Source of the DNA: Zygnema circumcarinatum SAG 698-1b | Lineage: Eukaryota > Plantae > Zygnematophyceae | DNA length: 64,000 bases | Direction of reading: 5' to 3' | Assembly: GCA_037447605.1 (NCBI GenBank) | Contig: CM074811.1 | Span: 1,612,001-1,676,000 of the forward strand | Shown here: piece by piece, positions 60,890-64,000 of the stretch | Numbering within the stretch: position 1 is the first letter of the stretch | Layout of the letters: each line of letters starts with the position of its first letter | Program-made: the position numbers and the translations under genes | Notes under the pieces: generated by a model | Databases searched by the model: none | Seen by the model: the letters and a program-made list of their open reading frames with translations, nothing else | Told to the model about the DNA's origin: nothing

Positions 60890-63420
60890 GTTATACAAAA
60901 CCCTTGCCCATCACTACAAAACGCTGCATGAGGCTATCAAAGCACCCTATGTAGTCAGTCAACTTCTCATTTGAGCTCATTTTCATCTTCATCGTGTACA
61001 GGTGCATCACGGTGACACTATCTTTTGCATTGTACATGTCCTCCAAACACTTTCATATCTTATGTGAAACGCTGAGGTCGTATAACATGTGTGAAGGTAT
61101 CCCCTTTACACTTATTGCAATCTGAGTGATGGCTTTGTTATCACAAGCTTTCCACTTTGCAAGCTCCTCCAAAGATGTTGTCGGCGGCGCCTTCACTTTC
61201 CCAGTCACATGACCAAGAAGCCCTTTCCCTTCAAGTACGGGAGTAAGTCGCCACTTTTATCCCTTGTAATCTGTCCCATCAAATGCAAGGACATTAAAAT
61301 TCACACTAGCTACGGTTTCCTCTTCACCATGAGCTCTGATACCACTTGTGAGTGGGGCAGAGGGATAAGAAGCAAATTCATCTCCAATCCTTTCCTCCTC
61401 TTCACTATCTATGGAAACTTCTCTCTTAGTGCCCTGCAGTACTCTCACTCATTTTTTACTCAAGTGCATACACAACACACAAGAGGCAGAATAGAAAAAC
61501 AAAGGAGAAAGCTCCCAGCCTAAAACTCTTTTATAATGAAAATCTTTTTAGCTCAAGCCCCCATAAACCTAGCCAAGCTTTCAACACATGATCACTTCAC
61601 CTTTACGTGAGGCAGCTCTCCACACACGAAGACTCTTCACAAAAGAGAAAGAGTATTAGAGGTAGTCTTTGAGAACCCAACTCACTTGCCTTCCTATGTC
61701 TTTGGAGCAAGTGAAAGGCAGAATCAAAGAGTATGAATTGCTGTTATAAAAGGAGAAGTCAGGTGTTGATAATGTCCTTCTAATTTGGTCGAAGAACTTT
61801 GGAAAAGGGAAAAGTGACTGGGGTGACAAAATGGCCCCCACGTGCTTCACCTACAGGAAGCCCGGCCATCTGTCAAACGGACTGCTTCCAAAACAAGGGA
61901 CAACCCGAGAGATTGGAAGAGCCTTCCAGTGACAAAAAAACCAATGAAAGGTCTACCTTTCAAGGGACTTGCTTCAAGTGCGGCAAAAAGGGACACAAAT
62001 CCACTGTTTGCCGAGGCGACAGTACCGAGACAAACCTTATGATGAGGTTGGGCGCGGGCGTACGCGATGGTTTTAAACGTGTAAAGTTTGTGGGAGGGGT
62101 TTGAGACAAGAAACCTGATGTTCCATGGTTAATTGATTTGGGTGCTTCTAAGCATATGTGCTTGGAAAAATCTTTTTTTGAAGAACTAAAGATGTTGGGA
62201 ATTGCACTTTTTGTCTACGCTGCAATAGGAGAAGGAGTGCAGGTCACTCAAGGAGAATCCGTGGAGCTTAAGACCCATGAAAGAAAGAAGAAGAGGATTG
62301 TCATGATGGGCGATATCCTTCATACCTCAAGGCTTCAAAACAATTTTATTATTGTAAGCCAGCTTGGAAAGAAAGGGTATGTGTCATGGTTTAATGGAGA
62401 GGAGTGTGAGGTGTTTGATCCTATAATCGGGAAGGTTATTTTGAAGGGAATAAAAAAGAATGGTCTTTACCTTTTGAATAGAGGAAATACTCATACCGTC
62501 CAAGTGAACACAATCTCTGAAAATCTAGCTGGAGCATTGTAGCGTCGTAGAATGGACCACTTAGGCTCCCAGAGCCTGAAGAAACTGGTGAGCAAGCGCC
62601 TTGTAAGAAGCATTAAGGTGCAGATGAAGGGAGCAAAGGAAGGATTTTTTGACTGCCTTGCTGGAAAGGCTCACCGCCAGCCCTTCAGTCACCGGAGTAT
62701 CAAGGAGAGCCAAGCCAAGGTGAAGCTCAAACTCATCCACAACGATTTGTGTGGACTTTTCACTCCCACAAGCAATGGAGGTTCAAAGTATTTCATTACC
62801 TTCTTGGATGATTTTTCTTGGAAGATTTAGGTTAGAATGCTTGACAACAAAGCTGAGGCTTTTGATGCTTTCAAGAAGTGGCAAGTTGAAGTGGAGAGAG
62901 AAACCGGCCTTAAGATCAAGGCACTCCGTTCTTACATTGGAGGCGAGTATATTTTAAATACTTTCATAGACTACTTTGAAGAAATTGGCATAAAGCACCA
63001 ATTTTCTGCCCCTTATTCACCTTAGAGCAATGGAGTTGCAAAGCGAGTGAACCCCACACTAGGGGATATGGTAAGGACCATGCTGAGTGAGTCTACACTT
63101 CCTTTAACATCCTGGGCTAAGGCAATAATGGCAATTGCTCACATCAGAACCAGAATGCCCATCTAGAATTCTCTAGGATAAATTTCCAAAGGAGGTCTGG
63201 AGTGGGAAGGAGCCCACAGTAGCGTACTTCAGAATCTGGGGCGCCTGTTGTTATATGACCGTACTCAAGGCTAGAAGAAACTCCAAATTCGAGAAAAGAT
63301 CCACCCCAAATTATCTGATTGGTTACAATGAGGACAGTCCCACATATCGACTGTGGAATCCATCAACCAAGCGAGTGGAGCGGAGTCGAGATCTCCAATT
63401 TTAGGAAGATCACTCGAATC
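60890..63420. mobile_element. Decayed Copia of the 47961-52079 family; 5' part (LTR end, PBS, Gag-N; 60890-61620) inverted relative to Gag-C, protease and integrase (61625-63420, +)
   Basis: Minus strand: PBS at 61333-61344, FDGTDYKG, GKGLLG, KCLEDMY. Plus strand: SLEQVKGRIKE, CFKCGKKGHKSTVC, WLIDLGASKHMC, IHNDLCG, QNGVAKRVN, with many stops. Confidence 0.8.
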
Positions 63421-64000
63421 AAGTCTTAGTGGACTTTACAAGTAAAATCTTGCCAAAAGATTTGTTTGAGATCTTTTATAATTTAGGCAGTAAAGCTTCA
63501 ATGGCGCGAGGAGCGCATGGTAGAGATGCGCCAATCAGCACCACACCGTCTATTCACATAATTGTAAAGATGGATTCACTGTTATTTGTTATAGCGAAAC
63601 GCTATACATGGGTTGTATAGCCTAGCACGGTAGCACACTTAGTATAGTATGCCACTGGTTGGCTAAGCCAAAGGGGTAGCCAATCAAGGGCTATTACTTG
63701 GCAATTAGGGTTGCAGGTCTGCTAGAGGATAAAGGCAGGTGATAAGGATTGTGAGTGCAAAGGAGGACAAGCTCCCGGGTTCAACAGGCGGCAGACATGG
63801 CCAACCGAGCAGCCAGCGAGCACAAGACAGGGGCCAGGGCAGGAGCCAGCATGGGCGTCAAGGTGAGCAAGGAGCTGTAGATATGGAATCGATTATTGGA
63901 GCAGTGGAGTGCAGCCAAATGAGGAGCTGCGGCTCCTTCCAACACTTAGGCTTAAATAGTGCCTTTTGCTTAGCTTAGAACTTATCTTTCTCCCGTTTGT

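Noticed and set aside
52563-61074. Biological tandem duplications of Copia RT and of the LTR-CRE block
   Set aside because: The copies appear identical and each junction is a 10-N gap, typical of unmerged overlapping contigs.

Overview
Eukaryotic nuclear DNA from the green-plant lineage. GT-AG introns, TTTAGGG-like repeats, GPI-anchored nsLTP genes and a plant-type LRR gene point to a streptophyte, possibly a charophyte alga; that placement is inference. About 75% of the window is retroelement-derived. Host genes are two tandem GPI-anchored LTP/xylogen-like genes (172-1039, 2915-3724), a ~950-aa coiled-coil/Pro-rich gene (10394-13665) and a secreted LRR-EGF-(Ser/Pro-rich)-PAN gene (39623-46553). 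The LRR solenoid of the last gene is built from 11 near-identical ~199-bp exon+intron cassettes that vary mostly at solvent-exposed residues. Between the third and fourth genes lies a 24-kb array of the form (A-CRE)3-A. A is a 2.0-kb block covering the 3' end of gene 3, and CRE is a 5'-truncated RLE-type non-LTR element. Two A copies carry a chromovirus (TSD CCAAC), one of which holds a nested Gag-protease-only Copia (TSD AAAAC). The right third is a nest of Copia elements, including an LTR-PBS fused directly to a CRE-type RT fragment. Caveat: this is a draft assembly. It has 10-N gaps flanked by exact duplications (20369-21759 = 21770-23160, 52563-54766 = 54777-56980, 56837-58950 = 58961-61074) and indel-rich stretches that look like uncorrected long reads, so copy numbers and many frameshifts need raw-read confirmation.
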